64,000 nucleotides of DNA from positions 8,747-72,746 of the forward strand of contig CAVWFY010000009.1 in assembly GCA_963754485.1 (NCBI GenBank). The letters are read 5' to 3'. This DNA comes from an uncultured Chloroflexia bacterium (GTDB taxonomy: Bacteria > Chloroflexota > Limnocylindria > Limnocylindrales > CSP1-4). Shown piece after piece: positions 18,657 through 27,025 of the stretch. A model generated the notes under the pieces. That model made no database searches and was not told where the DNA came from. It saw only the letters and a program-made list of their open reading frames with translations. A program made the translations under genes and the position numbers. Each line of letters starts with the position of its first letter. The first letter of the stretch is position 1.

Positions 18657-20120
18657 CTACGGCGCTACGGAGACCTCGATCTCGGTCCAACTGACCCACG
18701 ACGGACTGGAGGTGGTCTCGATCCGCAGGTAGCGGATCGGCCCTGAGTCGGCGAGGGGCCAAGACATCCACTCGGCGTTGTTGGTGGTGCCGTCGAACTT
18801 GTAGAGGATCACCTCTTCTATCTGGCCATCGGCCCGTCCGTAGACATCGTGGATGGTGTGGCCTGTATTGGGCAGCTGCGAAGCCATCAGCCTGATGGTC
18901 GTGGGCGTGACCGGCTTGACGAAGTCGATCTCGATCCAGGCCACCGGAAAGCCGCCGGAGTTCCAGGTGGTATCGAGGTTGCCGTCAAATGGTCCGGTCG
19001 GCGGGCCGGCAGGGGTGGCCGAGGAAGCCCGGATGACGCGGCCGTCGGCGAGGCGGTTCTCGACCGGAACTGCACTGGGCGCCGGCGGTGGCGTCAGCAT
19101 GGCGATCATCGTCGGCAGTGGCAGATCCGGCGATAGGATCTCGACCTCGCGCCAGGCAGCCAGCGTCGGACTGGCGGTCGTTGTCACACGGACGTAGCGG
19201 ATGTCGGGAACCGGCTGGGTCGTGGCCTTTTCCAGCCACTGGCTGTCGGTAGTCGTTCCGGCGAACTCGGCGAGGACGACATCCTTGCCGTCCGCCGTGC
19301 GGCCGGTCACCTGGTGAGATGTCGGACCATCGACAGGCTGGGAGGTCAGGAGGCGCACCTTCTCGATCGTGATCGGCCTCCCGAGGTCCATCTCGATCCA
19401 ACCGGGCAACGGACGATCGCCGGCGCTCCAGGAAGTATCGGCTTGGCGGTCGAAGGCATTGCCGGTCGGATTGGTGAGCCGGGTGCCAGAGGCGTAGAGG
19501 ACGCGGCCATCGGGCATGGTCCAGGTGTTTGGAGGATAGAAGCGGTCAAGCAGGGCGTTGTTCATGCGTGATGACCCGAGGGCGATCGCATTCACGTCGC
19601 CCATGAGACCGCCATCGCGCATGGCCACCACGCCCCCGCTGACGGCCGTCAGCATCGCGCCCCACTCCTGCTTCCAGTCCCAGGGCACGAGTTGCGGCGA
19701 GGGCGCCGGCACGACCTGTGCGGTCGGCGCCGGTGAGCTCGCGTCCAGGGCAGATTGCGCGGCCTCAAGGTGGTCGAGCACCAACTGGCCAGTGTCACGG
19801 ATCCGTGCTGCGTCCACCTGGCCGCCGACCGCCGCCTTGAGGGTCTCGTTGAAGGCCGTCCAGGCTTCTGATGTAGATCCGGTATCTGGGTTACCGATGG
19901 CCAGGAACAGCTGCTCCATGACGACGTCTTCCGGGTTCACGGGGCCGGCGGGTGAGGTCGGTGGTGCCGCTGGTGTGCCGGGGGCCACCGACGGGGCCTC
20001 CGGAATGGGAGCACTGGAGGGGGTTGTCCCTGATGGAGCTGCCGCGCAGCCGACCGTCAGGATTGCGATGACACCCGCGGCAAGAAGCGCTGTGCTGCTG
20101 CCTGTTCGTCGGCTGTTCAT
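18657..20120 (-). CDS. lipoprotein with two F5/8 type C (discoidin) domains
   Basis: The start is assigned to the second ATG (20120), which has GGAGG 5 nt upstream. The lipobox is LTVGC. Two homologous roughly 140-aa repeats are present (FDRQADTSWSAG...WIEMDLG...IRYVRV...WREVEI and FDGNLDTTWNSG...WIEIDF...IRYLRI...WTEIEV). Confidence 0.75.
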   Translation of the reverse strand: MNSRRTGSSTALLAAGVIAILTVGCAAAPSGTTPSSAPIPEAPSVAPGTPAAPPTSPAGPVNPEDVVMEQLFLAIGNPDTGSTSEAWTAFNETLKAAVGGQVDAARIRDTGQLVLDHLEAAQSALDASSPAPTAQVVPAPSPQLVPWDWKQEWGAMLTAVSGGVVAMRDGGLMGDVNAIALGSSRMNNALLDRFYPPNTWTMPDGRVLYASGTRLTNPTGNAFDRQADTSWSAGDRPLPGWIEMDLGRPITIEKVRLLTSQPVDGPTSHQVTGRTADGKDVVLAEFAGTTTDSQWLEKATTQPVPDIRYVRVTTTASPTLAAWREVEILSPDLPLPTMIAMLTPPPAPSAVPVENRLADGRVIRASSATPAGPPTGPFDGNLDTTWNSGGFPVAWIEIDFVKPVTPTTIRLMASQLPNTGHTIHDVYGRADGQIEEVILYKFDGTTNNAEWMSWPLADSGPIRYLRIETTSSPSWVSWTEIEVSVAP

Positions 20121-20404
20121 GTCACCTCCTTGCTGCCACGGACCACCCGGGGTGGTGCGGCGCGGCGAATTCAAGGGCGAGGGTCAACGCGTCGTTCCGG
20201 TCAGCCCCGATGGAGACGTGTCCGGTCCACTTCTGTGGCAGATGGGCCCGCGTCTGTTCAGCGAATGCTCGGGCTTGGCGCTATGAACCACCTAGGCCCC
20301 GGGCGGCACGGTGATCCGATCAGGCCCACAGCCGCTGAGCACGCCTACGCCCAGGATCGGCAACACCACGGCCCTGAACCAGTTGACGGAGCTCGGATGG
20401 TTCA

Positions 20405-21424
20405 TCACGGTCGGTGCCCCTCGGGCGACCCGAGGCTCGCCCGGAAGAACTCGACGATCCGCTGCTCGTACTCGGCCGGTTCGGCGAAAGCGGCCTGGAG
20501 GTGGAGCGCCCGGGGGACGAGCCAGGGCTCGTAGCCGGGAACGAACGTCGCGTGCGCGGCCGCGAGATCCTTCGCGTGATGCCAGTCAAGGTTGACATCG
20601 GCGAGGCCGTGGACGATCGCAAGCGGCCGTGCCCCGATCCTTCCGACCTCGTCCACCGGGATGCGCGCGGTCAGGTCGTCGTTCGCGATGATCTTCGCCC
20701 ACGCAATGACGCCCGGGCGGAGCCAGGTCGGTAAGCCTTGCCCGACGGCGATCTCGTCGAACACGACCCCCACGTCGGCGAAGGCGCTGTCCGCCCAGGT
20801 GGCAGCGATCGCCCGTTCCTGGCCCATCGCGATGATGGCCGAGGACGCGCCGAGCAATTCGCCCATCAGCCCGATCTGGCTCGGCGGGAGGTCCTGCGCC
20901 GACTGGAGCCAGTCCCACGCCCCGAGGACGTCGAGGTACTCCTCCGATCCCCAGCCCGACCGACCATCCTCGAAGTCGGAGTCACCCTCGTCGCGCAAGT
21001 CCATCATCAGGACGGAGAAGCCGTTGCGGGCGAGCATCCCCGCCGGCAGCAGGACGACCGGGTCGTGGCGGCAGCTATGGATGCCGTGGACGACGATGAC
21101 CGCAGGCGCGCTGGCACCCTCGGCCGGGACCCACCAGGCCCGGATCGTCAGCCGCGGCTGGCGCCTGTCGCGGCTCGGGAAGCTGACGTCCTGGTAGCCC
21201 GGCATGGCGTACGGCCTCGTGTCGAAACCGCCCTCCGTCAGCTTCTTGGAGATGCCCTCCGTGCCGAAGCTCGCCGGCGTGTAGCCCGGGAACCTGCCGC
21301 CACAGAGGGGAGTGGGAGGCGTCAGCCGGCTGTAGCCGAGGTAGGCCGCACCGGCATACCCCGCGAAGCCGACTGCCAGGACGACCCCCAGCCCCACCGC
21401 GATCCATCGACGTCGTGCACGCAT
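20405..21424 (-). CDS. alpha/beta-fold protein with N-terminal TM anchor; nucleophile position reads Leu
   Basis: It has a TM helix (WIAVGLGVVLAVGFAGYAGAAYL) and an alpha/beta-hydrolase pattern (VIVVHG...MMDLRDEGDSD...IGLMGELLGAS...IVHGLADVN...ALH). The GxSxG elbow reads G-E-L-L-G. Confidence 0.7.
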   Translation of the reverse strand: MRARRRWIAVGLGVVLAVGFAGYAGAAYLGYSRLTPPTPLCGGRFPGYTPASFGTEGISKKLTEGGFDTRPYAMPGYQDVSFPSRDRRQPRLTIRAWWVPAEGASAPAVIVVHGIHSCRHDPVVLLPAGMLARNGFSVLMMDLRDEGDSDFEDGRSGWGSEEYLDVLGAWDWLQSAQDLPPSQIGLMGELLGASSAIIAMGQERAIAATWADSAFADVGVVFDEIAVGQGLPTWLRPGVIAWAKIIANDDLTARIPVDEVGRIGARPLAIVHGLADVNLDWHHAKDLAAAHATFVPGYEPWLVPRALHLQAAFAEPAEYEQRIVEFFRASLGSPEGHRP

Positions 21425-21495
21425 CGCACCCTCCCTGGAGTGCCACCGTGGGCGCTGGTCGCGGGTCTGGCGAGAGGCGAACGGCCCTCAGCGGG

Positions 21496-21846
21496 CTAGA
21501 ACGGTTCTCCGGCAAGACCGCCCAGCGACGCCGCCCCGAGGAACCAGAGCACCGCGATCACGGGTGAGCAGAGCGCGAACAGCACGATCCACCGCACCGG
21601 CGTCGCGAGCCGGTACCCGACGCCGATGAGGTAGATGCCCAGGGGGGCGAGCAGCCACTCCAGCATGGAGCCGAACTGGAGGGTCTGCACGAAGACCCCG
21701 TTCGGTTCCGGGCTGATGACTCCCTGATCCCACAACCACGCGACGAGGATCTGGGCGGCTGGCGCGACGATCGCGACGAGAGTCCCCAGCGCGATCAGGC
21801 GCAGCCGGGGCCGCTGAACCTCTGCACCTTCTACCGGGTTCGACAT
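21496..21846 (-). CDS. small integral membrane protein, unknown function
   Basis: Three to four hydrophobic helices are present. The start is assigned to the ATG at 21846 (MSNPVEG...); the longer ORF-track start at 21945 is also possible. Confidence 0.55.
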   Translation of the reverse strand: MSNPVEGAEVQRPRLRLIALGTLVAIVAPAAQILVAWLWDQGVISPEPNGVFVQTLQFGSMLEWLLAPLGIYLIGVGYRLATPVRWIVLFALCSPVIAVLWFLGAASLGGLAGEPF

Positions 21847-21969
21847 CCTGGCCACCTCTGTCGCTGGGTGGGCCCTGGCATACCTCTTGGCGGGTTGGTC
21901 CCGCGTGTGCCTTGATGACGCCGGAGGGACCGATCCGTTGCACACCCGGTCGTCCGCTGGCCCTGCCGA

Positions 21970-22107
21970 TCAGTCAGGTACGGTGCCGAGTCGGGGGGGG
22001 GGCTGAGGCGGCACGCCATACTTGAGCAGCTCGACGGCGTCGGTCAGGCCCCACTTGGCGACGATGGCCCTGATCGTGCCGTCGGCATACATGGCCGTGC
22101 CGATCGG
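21970..22107 (-). pseudogene. 3' remnant of a periplasmic solute-binding protein gene (amino-acid ABC type)
   Basis: Only about 45 codons are left: PIGTAMYADGTIRAIVAKWGLTDAVELLKYG. The DGT...KWG(L/F) segment is the usual C-terminal motif of family-3 binding proteins. There is no N-terminal part and no start codon. The upstream part of the ORF runs into the tRNA gene. Confidence 0.4.
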
Positions 22108-22151
22108 TGAGGCGCGTGCTGAAATCGGGGGCGGATGCGTTGTTGCGAATG

Positions 22152-22237
22152 CTGGTAGCGAAGGTGGGATTCGAACCCACACGAGGTTGCCCTCAGCGGT
22201 GTTTGAGACCGCCGCGTCTGCCATTCCGCCACTTCGC
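22152..22237 (-). tRNA. tRNA-Leu (anticodon CAA)
   Basis: The cloverleaf was read by hand. The acceptor is GGCGAAG/CTTCGCT (G1-U72 wobble) and the anticodon stem-loop is GCGGT-CTCAAAC-ACCGC. It has a long variable arm, a T arm GTGGG-TTCGAAT-CCCAC, discriminator A and an encoded CCA. Length is 86 nt. Confidence 0.9.
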
Positions 22238-22319
22238 CTGGCCGGGCCATCGTAGCGGAGCGGGAACCATGGGCGCGGGTCCGGCGTCCCTGCGACGATG
22301 CCCGCGGAACCGCACCCCG

Positions 22320-22988
22320 ATGCTAGACTCGCCGCGCCTCACCATCGTCGCCAGGAGGGTCGCGCCCGTCGTGCAGGACGCCCGGCCGTCGGAGGCCGTC
22401 GAGGATCCGATCCAGCGCCGCGACCTGATCCTGCTGGAGCGGGCGCGGGACGGCAGCCTCGATGCTTTCAACGACCTCGTCGAGTGCTACCAGGACCACC
22501 TGTTCGCGCTCGTCGCGCGCATGGTTCCGGACCGGGACCAGGCCGGCGACGCGGTGCAGGAGGCGTTCTTCTCCGCCTACCGCAACATGCGCTCCTTCCG
22601 CGGCGGCAGCGTCCGCTCGTGGCTGAGCCGCATCGCCATCAACGCGGCGATGGACCAGCAGCGGCTCAAGAAGCGCCGCCCGTCACAGCCGTATCCCGAG
22701 TTCGAGGATGAGAGCTGGCAGCCGCCCGCCGGCGACGACGCCGACCCCGTCCGCACGGCGATGCAGGGCGAGCGCACACGCGTGCTCAATGCCGCGCTGG
22801 GGTCGATCACGCCGGACCAGCGCCAGGCCATCGTCCTGTTCGACGTCGAGGGCTACGACTACGCCGAGATCGCGGAGCTGACCGGGGTGTCGCTCGGGAC
22901 GGTGAAGTCGCGGATCCACCGGGGCCGCCTGGCGTTGCGCGATCGCCTCGAAGGCAGCATCGGGCTGTTCCGGGGGGAGGGCGACTGA
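22320..22988 (+). CDS. ECF (sigma-70 family group 4) RNA polymerase sigma factor
   Basis: Region 2 reads AFNDLVECYQDHLFALVARMV...AQDAVQEAFFSAYRNMRSFRG...WLSRIAINAAMD. Region 4 reads QRQAIVLFDVEGYDYAEIAELTGVSLGTVKSRIHRGRLALR. The ATG at 22320 is chosen, but the GTG at 22371 is an equally good start. The ORF-track start at 22107 overlaps the tRNA. Confidence 0.85.
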   Translation: MLDSPRLTIVARRVAPVVQDARPSEAVEDPIQRRDLILLERARDGSLDAFNDLVECYQDHLFALVARMVPDRDQAGDAVQEAFFSAYRNMRSFRGGSVRSWLSRIAINAAMDQQRLKKRRPSQPYPEFEDESWQPPAGDDADPVRTAMQGERTRVLNAALGSITPDQRQAIVLFDVEGYDYAEIAELTGVSLGTVKSRIHRGRLALRDRLEGSIGLFRGEGD

Positions 22989-23364
22989 TGCCGCACCTCC
23001 CGCCCAGCCACGCCGACCACGACCCGCTCGCGATCGCCGCCTATGCCGCTGGCGACGCCACCGGACCCGAGCTCGACGACGCGCTGGCCATGGTTGCCGG
23101 CTGTCCGGACTGCGCCGCCCTCCACCACGACCTGCGGGCGATCGCCGCGGCCCTGCCCGACCTTCCGGCCCCGGCCCGCACCCGCGACTTCCGTCTGACC
23201 CCCGAGCAGGCCGCCTCGCTCCGGCCCGCCGGCTGGCGCCGCCTGCTTGCACCGTTCGCGGGACCGAAGTTCGCGTTCGCGGGTCCCGTGGGCGCCGGCC
23301 TCGCCACCCTGGGCCTGGCCGGGTTCCTGGTCGCGGGATCGTTCGGCGTCCCGCTCGCGGCCAC
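22988..23364 (+). repeat. direct repeat copy A (377 bp)
   Basis: Hand alignment to 23826-24202 shows only two differences, at 23248 (T/C) and 23251 (A/C). Both are synonymous. Confidence 0.9.
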
Positions 23365-23767
23365 GGCGCCCACCGACGGCGGAGCGGCGGCGGCCAGCGG
23401 AGCGGCCACCGTCGAGCGCACGAACGCCAGCACCGGAGCTGAGCTCTTTGCGGCCGAGTCCCCGGGTGTCGTGGCGGTGCCCGCCGCGGAGGCTCCCGGC
23501 AACGTGCCCGTTCCTGGTGTCGAGGCACCCGCGGGTGCCGTGCCCGCTACCGAGGCGCCCGCGGGCGATGCCCAGGGCGAAGTCGCGATCACCGAGGCTG
23601 GTCCCGGCGCTACGGCTGCCGTCGACGTCGACAAGATGGCGTCGGGCGTGGCCCCGGAGACGGAACCCGTGCCGGTGGTCCCGATGCTCTCCGCCGTTGC
23701 GCTGCTGCTCGGCGTCACGCTGGCAGGGCTGCGGTACGCCGGCCGCCGCGTGGTCGCTCGGGCCTGA
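22988..23767 (+). CDS. anti-sigma factor, paralogue 1 (N-in, TM, Ala/Pro-rich ectodomain, C-terminal TM)
   Basis: The ATG shares one nt with the sigma-factor TGA. The cytoplasmic anti-sigma domain contains ...AGCPDCAALHHDL.... TM1 is GAGLATLGLAGFLVAGSFGV and the C-terminal TM is LSAVALLLGVTLAGL, followed by a basic tail. Confidence 0.75.
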   Translation: MPHLPPSHADHDPLAIAAYAAGDATGPELDDALAMVAGCPDCAALHHDLRAIAAALPDLPAPARTRDFRLTPEQAASLRPAGWRRLLAPFAGPKFAFAGPVGAGLATLGLAGFLVAGSFGVPLAATAPTDGGAAAASGAATVERTNASTGAELFAAESPGVVAVPAAEAPGNVPVPGVEAPAGAVPATEAPAGDAQGEVAITEAGPGATAAVDVDKMASGVAPETEPVPVVPMLSAVALLLGVTLAGLRYAGRRVVARA

Positions 23768-23825
23768 CGGAGCCTCGACAGGGCTGACGGAACCGCATCG
23801 GACCTACCGTCGTCTGGAGGGGGAG

Positions 23826-24202
23826 ATGCCGCACCTCCCGCCCAGCCACGCCGACCACGACCCGCTCGCGATCGCCGCCTATGCCGCTGGCGACGCCACC
23901 GGACCCGAGCTCGACGACGCGCTGGCCATGGTTGCCGGCTGTCCGGACTGCGCCGCCCTCCACCACGACCTGCGGGCGATCGCCGCGGCCCTGCCCGACC
24001 TTCCGGCCCCGGCCCGCACCCGCGACTTCCGTCTGACCCCCGAGCAGGCCGCCTCGCTCCGGCCCGCCGGCTGGCGCCGCCTGCTCGCCCCGTTCGCGGG
24101 ACCGAAGTTCGCGTTCGCGGGTCCCGTGGGCGCCGGCCTCGCCACCCTGGGCCTGGCCGGGTTCCTGGTCGCGGGATCGTTCGGCGTCCCGCTCGCGGCC
24201 AC
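23826..24202 (+). repeat. direct repeat copy B (377 bp), offset 838 bp from copy A
   Basis: See copy A. Similarity collapses within about 25 nt after position 24202. Confidence 0.9.
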
Positions 24203-24605
24203 TGCGCCTGACGACGGCGGAGCCGGCGCGAACGCGAGCGATGCGGTGGCTGTGGAGATGGCGCCGCAGATGGCACCCGGGAGCACGGCCGCGGCCCCGA
24301 CCGCCCCGGTCGAGCCCAGGGCCCCGTACGCCGCCATGGCGAGCCCCGGCGTGAGCCCGATCCCTGCTACCGGTGGCGACATCGCCGGTGAGGTCCCGTC
24401 CGGCGACCCCAAGATGACCGTCGCGGGCTCCGAGGCGAACAACGGCGAGGCGTCCCCGGGCGAGGGCTCCCGGATGGCGGCTACCGCTCAGCCGGTCTCA
24501 CCCGCGCCGGTCAACGGCAACACTCTGGCACCGCTGGCAGCGCTCATGCTCTTCGTGGGCATCCTGCTCGGTGGCCTGCGCCTTGTTGCGCGCCGCGTGG
24601 CCTGA
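23826..24605 (+). CDS. anti-sigma factor, paralogue 2
   Basis: A GGAGG-rich motif lies 3-10 nt upstream of the ATG at 23826. The first 125 residues are identical to paralogue 1. The ectodomain is different, and it ends in a similar C-terminal TM plus basic tail (LAALMLFVGILLGGLRLVARRVA). Confidence 0.75.
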   Translation: MPHLPPSHADHDPLAIAAYAAGDATGPELDDALAMVAGCPDCAALHHDLRAIAAALPDLPAPARTRDFRLTPEQAASLRPAGWRRLLAPFAGPKFAFAGPVGAGLATLGLAGFLVAGSFGVPLAATAPDDGGAGANASDAVAVEMAPQMAPGSTAAAPTAPVEPRAPYAAMASPGVSPIPATGGDIAGEVPSGDPKMTVAGSEANNGEASPGEGSRMAATAQPVSPAPVNGNTLAPLAALMLFVGILLGGLRLVARRVA

Positions 24606-24613
24606 CGGAGGAT

Positions 24614-25706
24614 TCAGTCCCGCAGCGGCAATCGAACCCTGAAGGTGGCCCCATTCCCCGGCACGCCGTCGCTCTCGGCCGTGACCGATCCGCCGTGTGC
24701 CTCCGCGAGATCGCGGACGATCGCCAGCCCCAGGCCAGACCCGCCCGAGTCCGCGTGCCGCTGGTACCGGTCGAACACGCGCGGGAGGTCGTCCTGCGCG
24801 ATCCCCTCGCCAGTGTCGCGGACGGTCAGGATCGCGTCGTCATCGACGGCCCGAACGTCTACCTCCACGCGCCCGCCAGATGGTGTGTGGCGCAGCGCGT
24901 TGGCGACGAGGTTCGTGACGATCTCGCGGTAGCGCACGGGGTCCAGGCTCGTCACGAGGCGTTCGTCACAGGTCACCGTGAGGGCGACACCCTTCGCGGC
25001 GGCGACCGTCCCCTGGACGGCCGCGGCCTCGCGCGACAGGACGGCCAGGTCCACTGGCTCGCGGTGGAGCGTGAGCGCCCCGACGTCGGCGAGCGACAGC
25101 GTCCGCAGATCGTCGAGCAGGCGTCCCATGACGGCCGTCTCGGCGAGGAGCGGGGCGACGTGATCCTCGTCGTATGGGGTGCACGCCGTCGAGCATCGCC
25201 TCGAGGCCGCCCTGGACGACGGTGATCGGCGTTCGCAACTCGTGCGTCACATCGGCCAGCATCGCGCGCCGCTCGTCACGGGACCGGTCCAGGCGCTCCG
25301 CCATGGTGTTGAACGAGGCCGCGAGGCCGCGGACGGGGCGTGGCCCGCGTACCCGAACCCGCACCCCGGGCTCGCCGTCGGCCAGGCGGTCGGTCGCGTC
25401 GGCGATCTCGGCCAGCGGCCGGACGGCCGATCCGAAGACGCGGATCCCAGCCAGGATCGCCAGCACCAGCACGACGAGCACGGCGACCGCCGTGACGGCC
25501 GACGGCGTCGCCGACGGGGCGAGGAAGCCGAGCAGAGAGGCCGCGACCCACGTGGCGAGGGTCGAGACGAGGCCCACCAGCAGGACGAGGCCCAGGACCA
25601 TGCAGCCGACCATCCCGGCGCCGCCGGCCGGCCCGGGACCTCTGCCATGGCGGCGGCGGCCACCCCACCGGGAAGGGCGACCCCACGGTGCGCCGCCAGG
25701 GTTCAC
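24614..25706 (-). CDS. sensor histidine kinase (reading frame broken once in this assembly)
   Basis: The upstream part (24966-25706) has a GTG start in a GTGA overlap with the regulator stop, 2 TM helices, a HAMP domain and the H-box LADVTHELRTPITVV. The downstream part (24614-25129) carries the HATPase_c domain (LVANALRHTP, DTGEGI, GSGLGLAIV). The two parts join if one G is removed from the GGGG run at 25176-25179, giving ...MLDGVHPYDEDHVAPLLAETAVMGRLL.... Confidence 0.8.
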
Positions 25707-26389
25707 GCGTCGGGCTCCACGAGGGCGTACCCCACGCCGTGCACCGTGCGGACGTAGCGAGGTGCCGTCTCGTCCGGCTCGAGCTTCCGGCGCAGGTTGC
25801 GGACGTGGCCGTCGATGGCCCGCTCGTACGTCTCGAGGCTGAACCCGTGCACGGCGTCGAGCAGCTGGGAGCGGGTCCAGACGCGGCCGGGCTCGCGGGC
25901 AAGCGTAGCGAGGAGCTCGAACTCGGTTGGTGTCAGGGTGACGGCACGGCCGGCGACGGTGACCCGGCGACGTACAAGGTCCAGCACGAGGTCACCCGTC
26001 TCGATGCGCTCGTCAGCGAGGGGGACGGCGTCGGCCCGGCGCAGGACCGCCCGGACGCGCGCGACGAGCTCGCGGGGGCTGAACGGCTTGACCACGTAGT
26101 CGTCGGCGCCGAGCTCCAGGCCAGCCACCCGGTCGGTCTCGTCGCCGCGAGCGGACAGGATGAGGATCGGCACGCGCGAGTCGCGACGGATGGCGCGGAT
26201 GACGTCGAGGCCGTCCACCCTCGGCAGCCCCAGGTCGAGGACGAGCGCATCCGGGCGGCGCGCGCGCACGAGCGCGAGGGCGGCCGCTCCGTCGCCCGCC
26301 GCGATGACGGCGAACCCGGCGTGCTCGAGGTAGTCGCGGACGATGCCGGCGATCTGCGGCTCGTCCTCCACGACGAGGATGGTGCGCAT
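25703..26389 (-). CDS. OmpR-family response regulator
   Basis: It starts MRTILVVEDEP, with ...LVLDLGLPRVDG...ILILSARGDE...GADDYVVKPF and a winged helix LTPTEFELLATLAREPGRVWTRSQLLDAV...RTVHGVGYAL. It is the C-terminal part of the artefactual 1358-aa ORF-track entry. Confidence 0.85.
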   Translation of the reverse strand: MRTILVVEDEPQIAGIVRDYLEHAGFAVIAAGDGAAALALVRARRPDALVLDLGLPRVDGLDVIRAIRRDSRVPILILSARGDETDRVAGLELGADDYVVKPFSPRELVARVRAVLRRADAVPLADERIETGDLVLDLVRRRVTVAGRAVTLTPTEFELLATLAREPGRVWTRSQLLDAVHGFSLETYERAIDGHVRNLRRKLEPDETAPRYVRTVHGVGYALVEPDA

Positions 26390-26450
26390 GACGCTCCGGA
26401 GACGGGTTGAACGCCGGGCGAGGATACCCGCCCGGCGTGGGAGAGCGTGG

Positions 26451-26845
26451 TCAGCCGGCCGCGGGGCGGTCGGTGGGGGTCGGCACCTCCGGAGTGGCGC
26501 CCGTGGTCCTGGCCGCGGAGGACTCCTCCTCGTGCAGGCGGCGGTGGGCATCGGCCACCCACTGGCGCCGCGGATCACCGTCCTCGAAGGACCCATGTCC
26601 GCCCCAGCGGCCGGGGCCTGCCCATCGGGCCGTTGGCCCAGGCTCGCCGCCGGCCGCCGATGGCGAACAGCAGGAAGCCGATGAAGAACAGGAGGAACAG
26701 GAAGCCGAGGCCGGGAATTCCGCCCCCGAGATATACGGCACCGCCGGCGGCGCCGATGTTGGACGCGATGCCCGCCTGGAAGCCGATGGCCCCCGCGACG
26801 AGGGCGACGAACGCCGGTGAACAGGACTCCGATCAGTCCGCGCAT
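26451..26845 (-). CDS. small membrane protein upstream of the two-component pair (frame broken, probably twice)
   Basis: The ATG at 26845 gives MRGLIGVLFTG. A strongly hydrophobic segment (VALVAGAIGFQAGI...GLGFLFLLFFIGFLLFAIGG) continues in the +1 frame. A high-GC3 tail (RWAGPGRWGGHGSFEDGDPRRQWVADAHRRLHEE...) follows in the third frame and ends at 26451. The length of 395 nt is not a multiple of 3. Confidence 0.45.
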
Positions 26846-26921
26846 GTCAGGATCTCCGATGTGGTGCGGCCCGGCGGTCCGGGCAGTGTGGCTTGCTTGA
26901 CAGGCGCCACGATCGCAAGCC

Positions 26922-26947
26922 GATGTGCAGAAGATGTGCGCATGTGA
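26922..26947. promoter_or_regulatory. direct repeats GATGTGC-N4-GATGTGC (11-bp period) plus CATGTGA; candidate response-regulator box
   Basis: GATGTGC occurs at 26922-26928 and 26933-26939, and CATGTGA at 26941-26947. They lie in the divergent region between the small-membrane-protein/TCS operon and polA. A TTGACA hexamer lies at 26897-26902. Confidence 0.3.
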
Positions 26948-27025
26948 TCGCGGTTTCGTGGGGGTCGGACCCCGAGAACGCGCGCGGCTACACTGGCTGC
27001 GTCCCAACCCGCACGTTCGGAGCCG

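Noticed and set aside
21993-22002. G10 tract as a phase-variation switch
   Set aside because: It lies inside a gene remnant with no start codon and no downstream gene in register. There is nothing for it to switch. It is kept only as a marker of a sequencing-error-prone site.
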